From Phytohabitans rumicis (GTDB lineage: Bacteria > Actinomycetota > Actinomycetes > Mycobacteriales > Micromonosporaceae), in NCBI RefSeq assembly GCF_011764445.1, contig NZ_BLPG01000001.1, forward strand, positions 8,143,316-8,175,315: a DNA stretch of 32,000 nucleotides, in the 5' to 3' direction. Positions 8,710 through 18,504 of the stretch are shown here, one piece after another. The notes below the pieces were generated by a model, which was not told the origin of the DNA, searched no databases, and saw nothing but the letters and a program-made list of their open reading frames with translations. The first letter of the stretch is position 1. Each line of letters begins with the position of its first letter. The translations under genes and the position numbers were made by a program.

Positions 8710-8757
8710 AGGAAGGGCACCTTGCTATGCAAAAAGCGATAGCAAGGTGCCCTTCCT
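8710..8757. terminator. bidirectional hairpin between convergent genes (19-bp perfect stem)
   Basis: AGGAAGGGCACCTTGCTAT (8710-8728) pairs with ATAGCAAGGTGCCCTTCCT (8739-8757); the loop is gcaaaaagcg. It lies between the M28 stop (8702) and the MarR stop (8763). Confidence 0.6.
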
Positions 8758-8762
8758 TGCAC

Positions 8763-9200
8763 TCACAGGGTGCGGAGCTCCTCCACGATCGCGCAGGCGT
8801 CAGCCACGGGGTCGAGCGAGTTGGCGTGGGTGGCCAGGCGGCACAGCAGGGACTTGAAGGTGGCCCGGTCCGGCTCGGGCAGGCCGGCGAGCAGGTGCGC
8901 CTCGGCGTGCGCGAGCCGGGCGTCCAGGTCGTCGAGCAGCTTCTGGCCGTGCGCCGTGGCCACCACATGCCGGGTACGCCGGTCGCCCGGCGCCGGCTGG
9001 CGCTCCACCAGGCCGGCCCGCTCCAGGTCGTCGAGCAGGTACGTCATCACGGTGCGGTCGATCCCGAGCTGCTTGCCGAGCGCGGACTGGCTGCCCGGCG
9101 CCGAGCGCGCCGCCGCGGTCAGCACCTGGTAGCCGCGGTGGCCGCCGGGCAGGCCCTCCGTCACCGCGCTCGCGGACCGCAGGTAGGCGCGGAACACCAC
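8763..9200 (-). CDS. MarR family transcriptional regulator (N-terminus probably extends to the ATG at 9235 across a 1-bp indel)
   Basis: Winged HTH (LGKQLGIDRTVMTYLLDDLERAGLVERQPAPGDRRTRHVVATAHG). The in-frame GTG is at 9200. The out-of-frame ATG at 9235 encodes MTLQDDLGWTLG, which would join to VVFRAYL if the CCCC run at 9200-9203 had five bases. Confidence 0.8.
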   Translation of the reverse strand: MVFRAYLRSASAVTEGLPGGHRGYQVLTAAARSAPGSQSALGKQLGIDRTVMTYLLDDLERAGLVERQPAPGDRRTRHVVATAHGQKLLDDLDARLAHAEAHLLAGLPEPDRATFKSLLCRLATHANSLDPVADACAIVEELRTL

Positions 9201-9276
9201 CCCAGCGTCCAGCCCAGGTCGTCCTGCAAGGTCATGCCCACCATCGTACGGTGAGATAAGCGGCACAACCGATAGT

Positions 9277-9297
9277 CTGTGGCACAGAACATCTGTA
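9277..9297. promoter_or_regulatory. candidate MarR operator in the divergent intergenic region
   Basis: Overlapping palindromes CTGTG-G-CACAG (9277-9287) and CAGA-aca-TCTG (9285-9295) sit in a locally AT-richer spacer between marR and the LLM gene. Confidence 0.25.
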
Positions 9298-9308
9298 GAA
9301 ATGAAGGC

Positions 9309-10823
9309 ATGCCCGACTACGGTCACGACCTTCGATTCGGCACCTTCGTCCCGCCCGCCGCCGATACCGCGGACGAGGCGCTCCGGCTGGCCCGGCTGAC
9401 CGACGACCTGGGACTCGACCTGGTCAGCGTGCAGGACCACCCGTACAACGGCGGGTTTCTCGACGCGTGGACGCTGCTGTCGTTCATCGCCGCCCAGACC
9501 ACCGGCGTGAGCGTGTTCCCCAACGTCGCCAACCTGCCGCTGCGCCCGCCCGCGATGCTCGCGCGGGCCGCGGCCAGCCTGGACGTGCTCAGCGGCGGCC
9601 GGGTCGAGTTGGGCCTGGGCGCGGGCGCGTTCTGGGACGGGATCGCCGCGATGGGCGGCCCGCGCCGCACCGCGGGCGAGTCGGTCGCCGCGCTGGAGGA
9701 GGCGATCGCGGTGATCCGGGCACTGTGGACAACCGGCCGTGGGGCGCGGGCCGAGGGGGAGCACTACGGGCTCGCCGGGGCGCGTCCCGGGCCGGTCGCC
9801 GCGCACCCCATCGGCATCTGGCTCGGCGCGTACAAGAAGCGGATGCTCCAGCTCACCGGGCGGGCCGCGGACGGCTGGCTGCCGAGCGCGCCGTACCTGC
9901 CACCCGAGCAGTTGGCCGAGGCCAACAAGATCATCGACGACGCGGCGGCCGCCGCCGGACGGGAGCCCGCCGCGGTCCGCCGGCTCTACAACATCGCGGG
10001 TACGTTCGCCGGCAGCGGCCAGGCGTTCCTGCAGGGCCCGCCCAAGATCTGGGTCGAGCAGCTGGCCGAGCTGGCGGTGAGTGAGGGCATCAGCGGGTTC
10101 GTGCTGATGGTCGACGCGGGCGGCGATGACGACCTGCGCCGGTTCGCGGCGGACGTCGTACCCGCGGTGAAAGAACTGGTTGCCGCGGAGCGTGCGGGGT
10201 CCGCGCGGCCCGCGCGCCCCGCGGAGCCTGGTGGCCTGGGTGTGACGCCCACGCCCGACGACGGCCTCCGCCGCTCCGCGGTGCGGCTGTGGGACGAGGC
10301 GGCGCGCCCATCCGGGCCCGCGCCCGACCCGGACGTCCGCTACAGCGCCGCCGGGCGGGCCAACGGCCAGCACCTCATCGAGGTGCACGACCACTTGCGC
10401 CAGGAGCTGGCCCAGCTCCATGACCTGGTACGCCAGGTGGCGGCGGGCGCGGTCGACGCCGGCCGGGTGCGTTCGATGATCAATACGATGGCCCTGCGGC
10501 AGAACAACTGGACGCTGGGCACGTTCTGCGAGACCTACTGCCGGTTGGTCACCACGCACCACACGCTGGAGGACCGGAGCATGTTTCCGCAGCTGCGCCG
10601 GGCCGACCCGCGGCTGGCCCCGGTGATCGACCGGCTGGAGGCGGAGCACCACGTCATCGCGGACGTGCTCGAACGCCTCGACGCCGCGCTCGTCGCCCTG
10701 GTCAGCGAGCCGGCCGGGATCGTCCGCGTGCGGGAGGAGCTGGATCTGCTCACCGACACCCTGCTGTCGCACCTGTCGTACGAGGAGCGGGAACTGGTCG
10801 AGCCGCTCGCGCGGCTCACTTGA
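9309..10823 (+). CDS. luciferase-like (LLM class) flavin/F420-dependent oxidoreductase fused to a C-terminal hemerythrin-like HHE cation-binding domain
   Basis: The N-terminal approx. 300 aa is LLM-like (LRFGTFVPP...LDLVSVQDHPY...VELGLGAG...IWLGAYKKRML). An Ala/Pro linker follows. The C-terminal approx. 170 aa carries His/Glu motifs (IEVHDHLRQEL, TTHHTLEDRSMFP, LEAEHHVIADVL). The ATG at 9309 is preferred over the GTG at 9279. Confidence 0.8.
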   Translation: MPDYGHDLRFGTFVPPAADTADEALRLARLTDDLGLDLVSVQDHPYNGGFLDAWTLLSFIAAQTTGVSVFPNVANLPLRPPAMLARAAASLDVLSGGRVELGLGAGAFWDGIAAMGGPRRTAGESVAALEEAIAVIRALWTTGRGARAEGEHYGLAGARPGPVAAHPIGIWLGAYKKRMLQLTGRAADGWLPSAPYLPPEQLAEANKIIDDAAAAAGREPAAVRRLYNIAGTFAGSGQAFLQGPPKIWVEQLAELAVSEGISGFVLMVDAGGDDDLRRFAADVVPAVKELVAAERAGSARPARPAEPGGLGVTPTPDDGLRRSAVRLWDEAARPSGPAPDPDVRYSAAGRANGQHLIEVHDHLRQELAQLHDLVRQVAAGAVDAGRVRSMINTMALRQNNWTLGTFCETYCRLVTTHHTLEDRSMFPQLRRADPRLAPVIDRLEAEHHVIADVLERLDAALVALVSEPAGIVRVREELDLLTDTLLSHLSYEERELVEPLARLT

Positions 10824-10876
10824 CCAACTCGGGGCGGCACGCATAGATTCGAGTCACTGCGGGATTCCGGGCATCC

Positions 10877-10900
10877 GCGCCGGTCGACCATGACCGGCGC
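10877..10900 (+). terminator. hairpin downstream of the LLM-hemerythrin gene (9-bp perfect stem, no U-tract)
   Basis: GCGCCGGTC-gaccat-GACCGGCGC. Confidence 0.3.
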
Positions 10901-11139
10901 ACTGTGCCTCATGTGATGCCCAAAAGGAGTCCCTGCATGCCCCCATCGACCGACGAGGGCGACACCACCCCGCACGCCCCGGTCAGTCACCGGCTCGTCC
11001 TGCGCCTCGACCGGCACGGCCGTACGATGATCATCGCCGCGATCATCAGCGTCGTCCTGGTCGCCGGCACGTTCGTCGCCTCGGCGCTCGACATGATCGG
11101 TCCGGCCCAGCGCGCGGGGCGCAGGAGGCCGCCGCGGCC

Positions 11140-13347
<2,208 letters not shown>

Positions 13348-13410
13348 CCCCCTTCCCTCTCGCCCTCCTCCTCGCCGTCCTCCTCGCCGTCCTCTTCTCG
13401 CCGTCCTCTT
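13348..13410. repeat. pyrimidine-rich tract with about 3.5 tandem copies of CTCGCCGTCCTC
   Basis: ctcgccctcctc ctcgccgtcctc ctcgccgtcctc ttctcgccgtcctc lies directly between the GH3 stop and H element copy B. Confidence 0.5.
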
Positions 13411-13497
13411 CGCGTCGATCAAGGGCGAATGGTCGTGGTTTGATCTCCAATCCGCGACCGTTTGCCCTTGATCGACGCGGAAATCCTTGATCGGTGC
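13411..13497. repeat. H element copy B (57-nt core 13417-13473, loop TTTGATCTCCAAT)
   Basis: Same core as copy A but in inverted orientation. There is one CGTCGATCAAGG iteron on the left and two on the right. Confidence 0.85.
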
Positions 13498-13565
13498 GCG
13501 CGGTGGGGCGTTCGGTGTGGGCGCGCGACGTCGGTACTCGGCGTCGCGTCCGGCCTGTCGCGTCC

Positions 13566-13684
13566 GGCCCCAAGAGGGGACCCCTGTTGGGCATCGCGCC
13601 GTGAGTGGGGCTCCCCTATGCCTTCCCAGGCGTGCATAGGGGAGCCCCACTCACGCGGCAACCCCCAACCAGGGCGCCCTCGGG
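13566..13684. repeat. P element copy 1: long palindrome with 22-bp perfect inner stem
   Basis: CGTGAGTGGGGCTCCCCTATGC (13600-13621) pairs with GCATAGGGGAGCCCCACTCACG (13634-13655). The outer flank CCCCAAGAGGGGACCCCTGTTGGGC is partly mirrored on the right. Confidence 0.8.
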
Positions 13685-13981
13685 CCGCGACGCGGAGCAG
13701 CGCCAGGTGGCCAATATCTATGTGCGCGCGATTGGTGACCTCTCTTCGAGTGGGCAAAGGCGGCATATCGCCCCCTTGTCGACCAGCGCATGGGGGATCA
13801 TTCGACACCAGTGCGGTGATCATGGAGTTGTCGTCGGAGGAAGCGCTCTCCGCCCCCGCTAAGTTCATGATCACCGCGCGGGGCGGGCCACCGGTACGGG
13901 CGGATGCCCTGGGCCGCTTCGAGAGGAGCTGGTCGGCGACCACCGCTGGGAGCGCTCGTGGCCGCCGTCCGGTGCTGGGCC

Positions 13982-14061
13982 GATCAAGGGATGTTGCGTC
14001 GATCAAGGGCGAATGGTCGTGGTTTGGAGATCGAAGCACGACCATTTGCCCTTGATCGACG
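13982..14061. repeat. H element copy C (57-nt core 14001-14057, loop TTTGGAGATCGAA), inverted relative to copy B
   Basis: Core arms are GATCAAGGGCGAATGGTCGTGG / GCACGACCATTTGCCCTTGATC. It ends 17 nt from the stop of the last hydrogenase-operon gene, so it is a likely terminator on the minus strand. Confidence 0.85.
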
Positions 14062-14078
14062 GCGTAGAGGGGCGGGGG

Positions 14079-14801
14079 TTAGGTCAACGCGGCTAGTGGG
14101 GCGGAGTGGTTGATCATGTGGACGTGGCGGGCGGAGTACGCGTGCAGGGCGCGTAGCTGCCGGCTGGTGAGCCGGTCGCAGACCCAGTTCCAGTGCAGCG
14201 ACACCCAGTCGCCCGGCTGCAGTGGCGTGTCGACCGCGATGTCGGCGGTTTCCGGCTCGGGTGGGCCGAGCGACAGCGTACGGCCGTCCCACAGCAGGGG
14301 GCGCGACCGCACGGTGACCTGGGCGCCGTGGACGTCGGTGACCTGGCCCCATCGGATGCGGCAGCGGTCGAGCACGGTCAGCGCCCGGTCGGCCTTGCGG
14401 TCGTCGCCGAGCAGCCCGACCCAGGGGTAGACGCCGAACACGTGGAAGCTGTGGTGCGGCACGCCACCGGCGAGCAGGCCCTCGGCCAGCCGGCCGAACC
14501 GGTTGCCGATCCGCGGCCGGAACCGGTCTTCCAGGGTGTTGGCCAGGAACCCCAGCGGCAGCGCGTCGAGCAGGCCGTTTCCGACCCAGTATGCCTCGAC
14601 CACGCGGCGGTCGAGCGGGTCGGCGATCCCCACGCCGTGCGCGATCATCTCCAGGTACGGCCAGGCGCCGGAGAACGCCTGCGCGAGGCGTACGAGGCCG
14701 CCGTCGACCACGCCGGCCTCGGCGTACTGCCGGAACCCGGTGCTGTCCGCCGGTCCGCAGAAACCCATCGAGTTCGGCGGGTACGCGTACCGGACGAACA
14801 T
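14079..14801 (-). CDS. conserved hypothetical protein, last gene of the hydrogenase operon (from memory resembles the family annotated DUF6390 next to hypC in actinobacteria; unverified)
   Basis: The 328-aa ORF is trimmed to the ATG at 14801 (MFVRYAYPPNSMGFCGPAD...), 11 nt after the hypC stop. GC3 bias is good throughout. Confidence 0.75.
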   Translation of the reverse strand: MFVRYAYPPNSMGFCGPADSTGFRQYAEAGVVDGGLVRLAQAFSGAWPYLEMIAHGVGIADPLDRRVVEAYWVGNGLLDALPLGFLANTLEDRFRPRIGNRFGRLAEGLLAGGVPHHSFHVFGVYPWVGLLGDDRKADRALTVLDRCRIRWGQVTDVHGAQVTVRSRPLLWDGRTLSLGPPEPETADIAVDTPLQPGDWVSLHWNWVCDRLTSRQLRALHAYSARHVHMINHSAPLAALT

Positions 14802-14812
14802 CAGGGCACCGT

Positions 14813-15067
14813 TCACGTCGGCTCCCAGTCGGAAAGCGCCGTCCGCTCGGCGCTGAGCGCGTCGATCGCGTCGATCGCCTCCTGCTCGGTCATCTTCTGC
14901 AGGGCGAACCCCATGTGTACGAGGATCCAGTCGCCCACCCGCACGCTTTCGCCCTCGTCGAGCAGGCCGACGTTGATGTTGCGTGTGGCGCCCACCATGT
15001 CGACGGAGGCCAGGTCGGGGTGGTCGACGCCGACGCTCAGCACGCGGGCCGGAATGCCCAGACACAT
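14813..15067 (-). CDS. hypC: hydrogenase assembly chaperone HypC/HupF
   Basis: 84 aa beginning MCLGIPARV (the essential N-terminal Cys2), with an OB-fold-like GDWILVHMGFAL motif. Confidence 0.9.
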   Translation of the reverse strand: MCLGIPARVLSVGVDHPDLASVDMVGATRNINVGLLDEGESVRVGDWILVHMGFALQKMTEQEAIDAIDALSAERTALSDWEPT

Positions 15068-15075
15068 ACGCGACC

Positions 15076-15414
15076 TCACCCGGCCCGGTACTCGATGGAT
15101 TCGAGGACCAGTTCGTCGCCGCCGGTGAGGCGTACCCGGTCGCTGCCGCACGATGGGCACACCGCGAGCAGGTCGACCGTGTCGGCCTCGGCGCCGCAGG
15201 TTTCGCACCGGAGCCGGGCCGGCACCGTGACCAGGTCGACGGTCGCCGAGGCGGCCTCGGTGCCGGCGGCGACGAGCGCGAACGCCTGGCTCATCGACTC
15301 GGGCACGATCGCGTGCCGGACGCCGGCGCGGAGCCTGATCCGCCGTACCGGCCGGCCGGCGGCGCGGCGCAGCACGGTCTCCACCACGCCCTCACACAGC
15401 CCGATCTCGTGCAC
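15076..15414 (-). CDS. hypA: hydrogenase nickel incorporation protein HypA
   Basis: The GTG start gives the (M)HE Ni-binding N-terminus (VHEIGLCEG). The zinc site is CETCG...CPSCG. The product is 112 aa. Confidence 0.85.
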   Translation of the reverse strand: MHEIGLCEGVVETVLRRAAGRPVRRIRLRAGVRHAIVPESMSQAFALVAAGTEAASATVDLVTVPARLRCETCGAEADTVDLLAVCPSCGSDRVRLTGGDELVLESIEYRAG

Positions 15415-15428
15415 GCGTGCCGCCTCCC

Positions 15429-15533
15429 TCACATGGCCCGGATCTCGAGGTATCGCTTGATGTCCGGAATGGACTGCACCAGGACCGCGAGAACCGCCGC
15501 GACCAGGGCCAATTTCACCAGCTTGCCCAGCAT
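15429..15533 (-). CDS. 34-aa hydrophobic micro-protein (MLGKLVKLALVAAVLAVLVQSIPDIKRYLEIRAM)
   Basis: The ATG lies 2 nt after the protease stop, and the stop lies 14 nt before the hypA start. It has one TM helix plus a charged tail. From memory, similar small ORFs (annotated DUF6893) occur in actinobacterial hydrogenase loci; this is unverified. Confidence 0.55.
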   Translation of the reverse strand: MLGKLVKLALVAAVLAVLVQSIPDIKRYLEIRAM

Positions 15534-15535
15534 CG

Positions 15536-16005
15536 TCACCCTCCCTTCAGGATGTCCTCGACCAGTCGCACCGCCCGCGGTACGGCGGCCCGCACCGGCT
15601 CCGACAGGTCCATGCCGGCGTCCAGGTCGGCCGGTTCGCAGGCCACGACGAGCGTCCGTGACGGGCTGCCGCCGAGCCGGGTGAGCAGGTCGAACACCTG
15701 GCGCGGGGCCATCCCGTGCGGGTCGAGCGGCGGCCGGCCCGGCTCGGCCGCGGGGGCGGCGACCGCGTCGAGTTCGAGCACGCTGACGGTGCCCGGCGGC
15801 ACGCCGCGCTGGGCGGTGTCGACGAGCACCAGCAGGTCGCACCCGTCCAGCAGGTCGTACGCCAGATGGACGCCGCGGATGCCGACGTCGATGACCTCCA
15901 CGCCGGACGGGAGGGGCGCCCGGCGAGCGCGCGGACCACCTCGACGCCGAACCCGTCGTCGCCGAGGAAGATGTTCCCGACGCCGGCGACCACGGTCCTG
16001 TTCAT
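15536..16005 (-). pseudogene. [NiFe]-hydrogenase maturation endopeptidase (HupD/HyaD/HybD family), frame broken by an apparent 1-bp deletion at 15913-15916
   Basis: The N-terminus from the ATG at 16005 is MNRTVVAGVGNIFLGDDGFGVEVVRALAGRP. The continuation in the adjacent frame is (L)PSGVEVIDVGIRGVHLAYDLLDGCDLLVLVDTAQRG...DPHGM. The join needs CCCCC instead of CCCC on the coding strand. Confidence 0.85.
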
Positions 16006-17210
16006 GCCGGCTCGACCTCGTCCGGTGCGAAGTAGAGGAACCGCCCGTGGCCGCGCATCACGTCGGCGCCCGGGTCGTCGGTGAGCGTCACCGCGAGGTA
16101 CGGCCGGTCGTCGACGTCGAACAGCACGTCCTCGACCAGCGCGGTGCGCCCGACGAGGAACATGTCCTGCGCGTCGGCGCGCCGGGTGCCCGGGCGCAGC
16201 ACGACGGTGGCGCCGCGCGCCACCCGGCGACCGTCCACAGTGACCGCGAGAGGCGCGGCCTCGCGCAGCGTGCCATGCAGTCGCGCGAGTGTCGGCCCGT
16301 CGAGCGCATCCGCCCGATCGAGTACGGCGGCAGCGCGCGGATCGGTGGCCCGGGCCTCCCGTTTTTCGGCGTCGGTGAGGGCGCGCGTGCGCAGCAGCAG
16401 GATCTCGTCGATCTCGGTGGCGTCGTAGAGGTCGGCCGGGCTCTCCGGGGCGACTTCGGGGTGGTCGTACAGGATGATCGGCGCGGCGAGCATGACGTCG
16501 GCGCGGCCGGGCGGCCCGGCGAGGACCGGCCACAGCCCGGAGCTGCCGCAGCCGGCGACCGCCTCGGCTGCCCACTGTGGAGGGTCCACCATGGATACGA
16601 AGGCACCGCCCTCGATGGCGAGGATCAGGTGGGCGGCCACCAGCGCGGCGGGCAGCGCGTCGGTGCGCGCGCCGGCCGGCGTACCCGAATCGGTGTGGTT
16701 GTCGACGCGGGCCCGCAGCCGGACGGCGCGCGGCGTGCCCGGCAGGTCTTCCGCGGTGAGCGTGAGTGTCGCGGACAGCGGCAGCCGCTCGCGGACGACC
16801 TCGGCGACCACCGCGCCGTTGTCGTAGCGCGTCTCCCGCTCGACGCCGCCGGGTATGCGCACGTCGTGTCGCGGACGGGCGCGGTCGAGCAGGTACGTCA
16901 GCTCGTGCTCGACCGCCTCGTCCCACTCGGTCACCGGGATGGCGCCGGCGCGCACAGCGTGCACCGAGCGCCGCTGCACCTGGAGGAACCGCAGCGCGAC
17001 CCGCACGGTGAACGCGTTCGCGACCGCCGCGACGACCTCGGCCCGGGCGCCGGACGTCTCCGACGGGTCGGCGGCCGCGAAGTCGGGCGGCATGAGCACG
17101 CCGAACTGCCACCGGCTCCGGTTCTTCTGCGCCGAGGCCCGGTAGGGGTAGAGCACGTACCCCTCGTAGAGGACGGTGTCCGCCACCGCGCGCGCGACGT
17201 CGATGCTCAT
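16002..17210 (-). CDS. conserved hypothetical protein (402 aa) of the hydrogenase operon
   Basis: The ATG at 17210 overlaps the upstream stop as ATGA, and its own stop overlaps the protease ATG as ATGA. The N-terminus is MSIDVARAVADTVLYEGYVLYPYRASAQKNRSRWQFGVLMPP. I recognise no motif. Confidence 0.75.
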   Translation of the reverse strand: MSIDVARAVADTVLYEGYVLYPYRASAQKNRSRWQFGVLMPPDFAAADPSETSGARAEVVAAVANAFTVRVALRFLQVQRRSVHAVRAGAIPVTEWDEAVEHELTYLLDRARPRHDVRIPGGVERETRYDNGAVVAEVVRERLPLSATLTLTAEDLPGTPRAVRLRARVDNHTDSGTPAGARTDALPAALVAAHLILAIEGGAFVSMVDPPQWAAEAVAGCGSSGLWPVLAGPPGRADVMLAAPIILYDHPEVAPESPADLYDATEIDEILLLRTRALTDAEKREARATDPRAAAVLDRADALDGPTLARLHGTLREAAPLAVTVDGRRVARGATVVLRPGTRRADAQDMFLVGRTALVEDVLFDVDDRPYLAVTLTDDPGADVMRGHGRFLYFAPDEVEPA

Positions 17211-17851
17211 GGCCGGGGCACTTCCGGCTCGGCGAGCAGGGCCCGCAGCGTACTGTCCCATGTGGGCAGCGCGTTGCGGGACTTGTAGCTCGCCAGCGCG
17301 TCCAATGTGGAGCGGTCGCACCGGATCCAGCCGCTGTTGGGAAAGTGGTAGTCGACCATCTCCCGCCAGGTGGCCACCGGCAGCCGGTACGCGGACTCGT
17401 GGCTCCACGGGACCTGCTCGACGGCGAACCCGTACGGGGTCTTGACGAAGATGGTGCCGCTGAACAGGAGCAGCAGCGGCACCGTGCCGTCGTCGAGCGA
17501 GGAGAAGTAGCGGGTGGCCGCGACCTCCAGGTCGTACGTGCACGGCACGGGCAGGTCGACGTCGGCGGCCCCGGTGAACCTCGGCACCATCACGGCGAGC
17601 GTGGTCAGCTGCAGCGGCTTGAGCGTGTCCGCCCACCGCGAGGTGTCGCCGAACAGGTCGTGCAGGCGCGCGGCCTCCTCCGCGGTGTACCGGCGGCGGT
17701 GCGGCTCGATGCGGATCTGGCAGCGCAGCGCGATCGCGTGCACGTCGGCGCCGGAGGTCTCGGCGATGCGCAGCGCGAGGGTGAGCGTGGGCGTCACGGC
17801 GTACCGCTCGGCGCGCGCGCCGACGCAGTCGAAGACGAGGTCGGTCATCAT
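17207..17851 (-). CDS. conserved hypothetical protein (214 aa) of the hydrogenase operon (from memory resembles DUF6084; unverified)
   Basis: The ATGATG start at 17851 overlaps the upstream stop (ATGA). The sequence begins MMTDLVFDCVGARAERYAVTPTLTLALRIAE. Confidence 0.75.
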   Translation of the reverse strand: MMTDLVFDCVGARAERYAVTPTLTLALRIAETSGADVHAIALRCQIRIEPHRRRYTAEEAARLHDLFGDTSRWADTLKPLQLTTLAVMVPRFTGAADVDLPVPCTYDLEVAATRYFSSLDDGTVPLLLLFSGTIFVKTPYGFAVEQVPWSHESAYRLPVATWREMVDYHFPNSGWIRCDRSTLDALASYKSRNALPTWDSTLRALLAEPEVPRP

Positions 17852-18504
17852 GCCCGCCCGGGGAGCGGGGTGCTGAGCGCGCGCAGGTCGTCCCGGAAGT
17901 CGGCCAGGATCCTGCGTACCTCGTCGCCGCCGTCGAAGCCGGTCCAGCGCATGCGGAGCTGCCCGATGAGCCCGTAGCAGGCGTCGATCGGGATGAGGTG
18001 CGCCTCGATCGCGTCGGGGCGGCGGTCGACGAACACCGCCTCCACGTCCGGCTCCAGCGCGGCCAGCAGCGGGTGGTCGGCGGCCAGCCGGTCCCACGCG
18101 GCGAGGTCGAGCTCGCACTCGGTCGCCCCGCCGGGGCTCGGATAGCAGCCGACGATCCGGTCCAGCACCGAGTTCCGGAAGAAGAACGCCATCGCGACCG
18201 GCACGCCCAGCTCGTCGTACTCGGCGAGGGTCAGCGGCGTGGCCGGGTCGTGGTGGATCCGGCGCGGCACCGCGCGGCGCCGCCCGTGGCCGGCGCCGTC
18301 GGCGGTGAAGAGCAGGTAGCAGCCGGGGCAGACGCAGGACAGCGAACGCCTTTGCGGCTCCGCGACGTGGCCGTGGTCGGGCGGCAGGCTCGCGCCGCAC
18401 ATCTCGCAGCTTTCCGCGGTCTCGTCGCGCCGGCGCCGGCCGATCCGCGGCAGGTCGGCCGGTGCCGCCTGCGGCCGGGCGAAGCGGCGCAGCCCGGCCG
18501 TCAC
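17848..18504 (-). CDS. conserved hypothetical Cys-rich protein (218 aa) of the hydrogenase operon (from memory resembles DUF5947; unverified)
   Basis: The GTG at 18504 overlaps the upstream stop as GTGA. It has a CxxC...CxCxxC cluster (SCEMCGASL...SLSCVCPGCYLLF). Confidence 0.7.
   Translation of the reverse strand: MTAGLRRFARPQAAPADLPRIGRRRRDETAESCEMCGASLPPDHGHVAEPQRRSLSCVCPGCYLLFTADGAGHGRRRAVPRRIHHDPATPLTLAEYDELGVPVAMAFFFRNSVLDRIVGCYPSPGGATECELDLAAWDRLAADHPLLAALEPDVEAVFVDRRPDAIEAHLIPIDACYGLIGQLRMRWTGFDGGDEVRRILADFRDDLRALSTPLPGRA

Noticed and set aside
9201-10844. Upstream 547 codons of the 693-aa minus-strand ORF 8763-10844
   Set aside because: Only the last approx. 146 codons (the MarR domain) look real. 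The remainder is antisense to the LLM-hemerythrin gene and is low-complexity.
10904-10936. ATG at 10904 as the start of the upstream ORF
   Set aside because: The ATG at 10937 has a canonical aaggag RBS at ideal spacing, whereas 10904 has none.
13419-14055. ORFs of 197 aa (+) and 208 aa (-) spanning the repeat locus
   Set aside because: They read straight through palindromic repeats, and the same peptide strings (SIKGEWSWF, RANGRGL) appear wherever the repeat occurs in any frame. Third-position GC is weak and there is no RBS.
13348-14061. Autonomous mobile element (IS/transposon) at the repeat loci
   Set aside because: There is no transposase, integrase or recombinase ORF in or next to any copy, and I could not see target-site duplications. 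At most this is a non-autonomous MITE/REP-like element.
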